Shown here in pieces: positions 62,761 through 63,946 of a stretch of DNA of 63,946 nt. Every line of letters begins with the position of its first letter. Within the stretch, counting starts at the first letter, position 1. The DNA is from Negaprion brevirostris (Eukaryota). The stretch is taken from positions 12,980,579 through 13,044,524 of the forward strand of contig JARDVH010000130.1 of NCBI GenBank assembly GCA_030324005.1. The letters run 5' to 3'. The notes under the pieces are model-generated. The model was not told where the DNA came from, searched no databases, and worked only from the letters and a program-made list of their open reading frames with translations. Made by a program: the position numbers and the translations under genes.

Positions 62761-63946
62761 TGGTAGTGTCACCTTGCTGATCTAGGAATGCAGTCCAAAG
62801 AGACAGAATCTGAGCTGAAATTTCCTTATGTTTGCACTGGTTTTGATTGAAGTACGGAAAGAGAGAGAAAGAAGAATTAAACTTATCCACGTTCAAGACA
62901 GCGGCAGCGGATGTCTTTGGAATACAAAATGCGGAGCAGGGGAGCACACTGAATGAATGTCGTCCTTGTTTCTAACACTTTTATTTTTGTACTGTTTGGA
63001 AAGCAACAGCAGGCTAAGCGTGTAACGGACATGACAGCCTTTGCACAAAAGTCCAAAATTTGGAAAAGTGTTCTTAAGCCTTGGAGTCAGTGTATGTCAG
63101 CAATATTTAAGTGGGAAAAGACTGGTCAAGACAAGGTTTATTATAATTGCTTTGCAACTGAATTGAATGGAATTAAATTATTAATGCAGATATTGTAAAT
63201 GTATGTTCTAATTATGTAACTCTATCAGTAAATTTACCAGAGGAGGAGAATTACAATTGGGTTACTGCCTGCTGTACCATTTGGAAATTAGAATTGGGGC
63301 CAACAGTATGTTTACCCACTATATGATTTCTAAAAAATGCTTACTTAAGGTATAAGGAACTCACAAATTTGAAAGGATAATTATGAGAGACGTCTCAGGT
63401 CAGTCAGAGTGTGAATTCAACCCAAGAACAGCGGGGGTGATTTTCCTATCCCCTGTACTGATTTTTTTTTTAGCACAGTGGGTTACGAGATTCAAGTGAC
63501 ATCCAATTCATGCAATCCGTGCTGGCCGTCCAACTCTGAGCATGTTTGCCAGCACCGGATTTTCAGCACGAAGCTGAATAATTTATACAGCTTCCCCTGC
63601 CACACCCTACCCCCGGCAGGAGTATTTCACTCCAGCGGGGTTTACTATAGCTCCCCAGTAACGGGTACACCCCATTGTCCTGGATGCAATAACAAGCCAG
63701 ATTTCTAATTTGGGGCCTTTTAACGAAAAGGTACAATTTAGTAGCCTCAAACTAAAGTTTAAAAATCTACATAGTGGAAGGCAGGAATGCAGCCTTGGGG
63801 ATTGAAGGCTATAGTGAAGGCTGCATCAATTGTGTCATCCCATCAGTGAAGGAGAATCACAGGTTAATGAATACTATTCATCAATGACCTAACGGATTCC
63901 ATTCATTCACCATGAGCAAATGAATGCTAATAGTTATGCCAGGTGA

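Noticed and set aside
1-63946. Neighbouring cluster genes KCNA5 and KCNA6
   Set aside because: No second Kv ORF in the visible sequence, and the remaining gaps are too short to hold one.

Overview
Eukaryotic, gap-rich draft assembly, most likely from a shark or other cartilaginous fish (inferred from the repeat families and the protein sequence). The only real protein-coding gene is an intronless Shaker-type voltage-gated K+ channel, KCNA1 (Kv1.1), on the minus strand. Its ATG is at 47143 and 308 codons are visible to the end of S4; S5, the pore, S6 and the C-terminus fall in the N-gap 45422-46219. It has a CpG-rich upstream region (~48.0-49.6 kb) and a ~5 kb transposon-free stretch that is probably its long 3'UTR. 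The rest is decayed, often nested transposons: CR1-, L2/CR1- and Rex1/Babar-like LINEs, tRNA-derived SINEs (including a Deu-domain SINE), Penelope-like elements, PIF/Harbinger-like elements with 3-bp TSDs, and an LTR-like fragment. The best leads are: minimal hammerhead ribozyme motifs at Penelope ends (one with an intact core at 30596-30640), a LINE that appears to carry a tRNA-SINE-like head and shares both ends with a short SINE, a fossil Harbinger Myb/SANT gene with a set of MITEs, a 48-bp CCAAT/E-box tandem array next to a TATA box, and an extra N-glycosylation sequon in the Kv1.1 S3-S4 linker. I see no evidence for a wholly new gene system. Repeat boundaries were read by eye and are approximate unless TIRs or TSDs are quoted.
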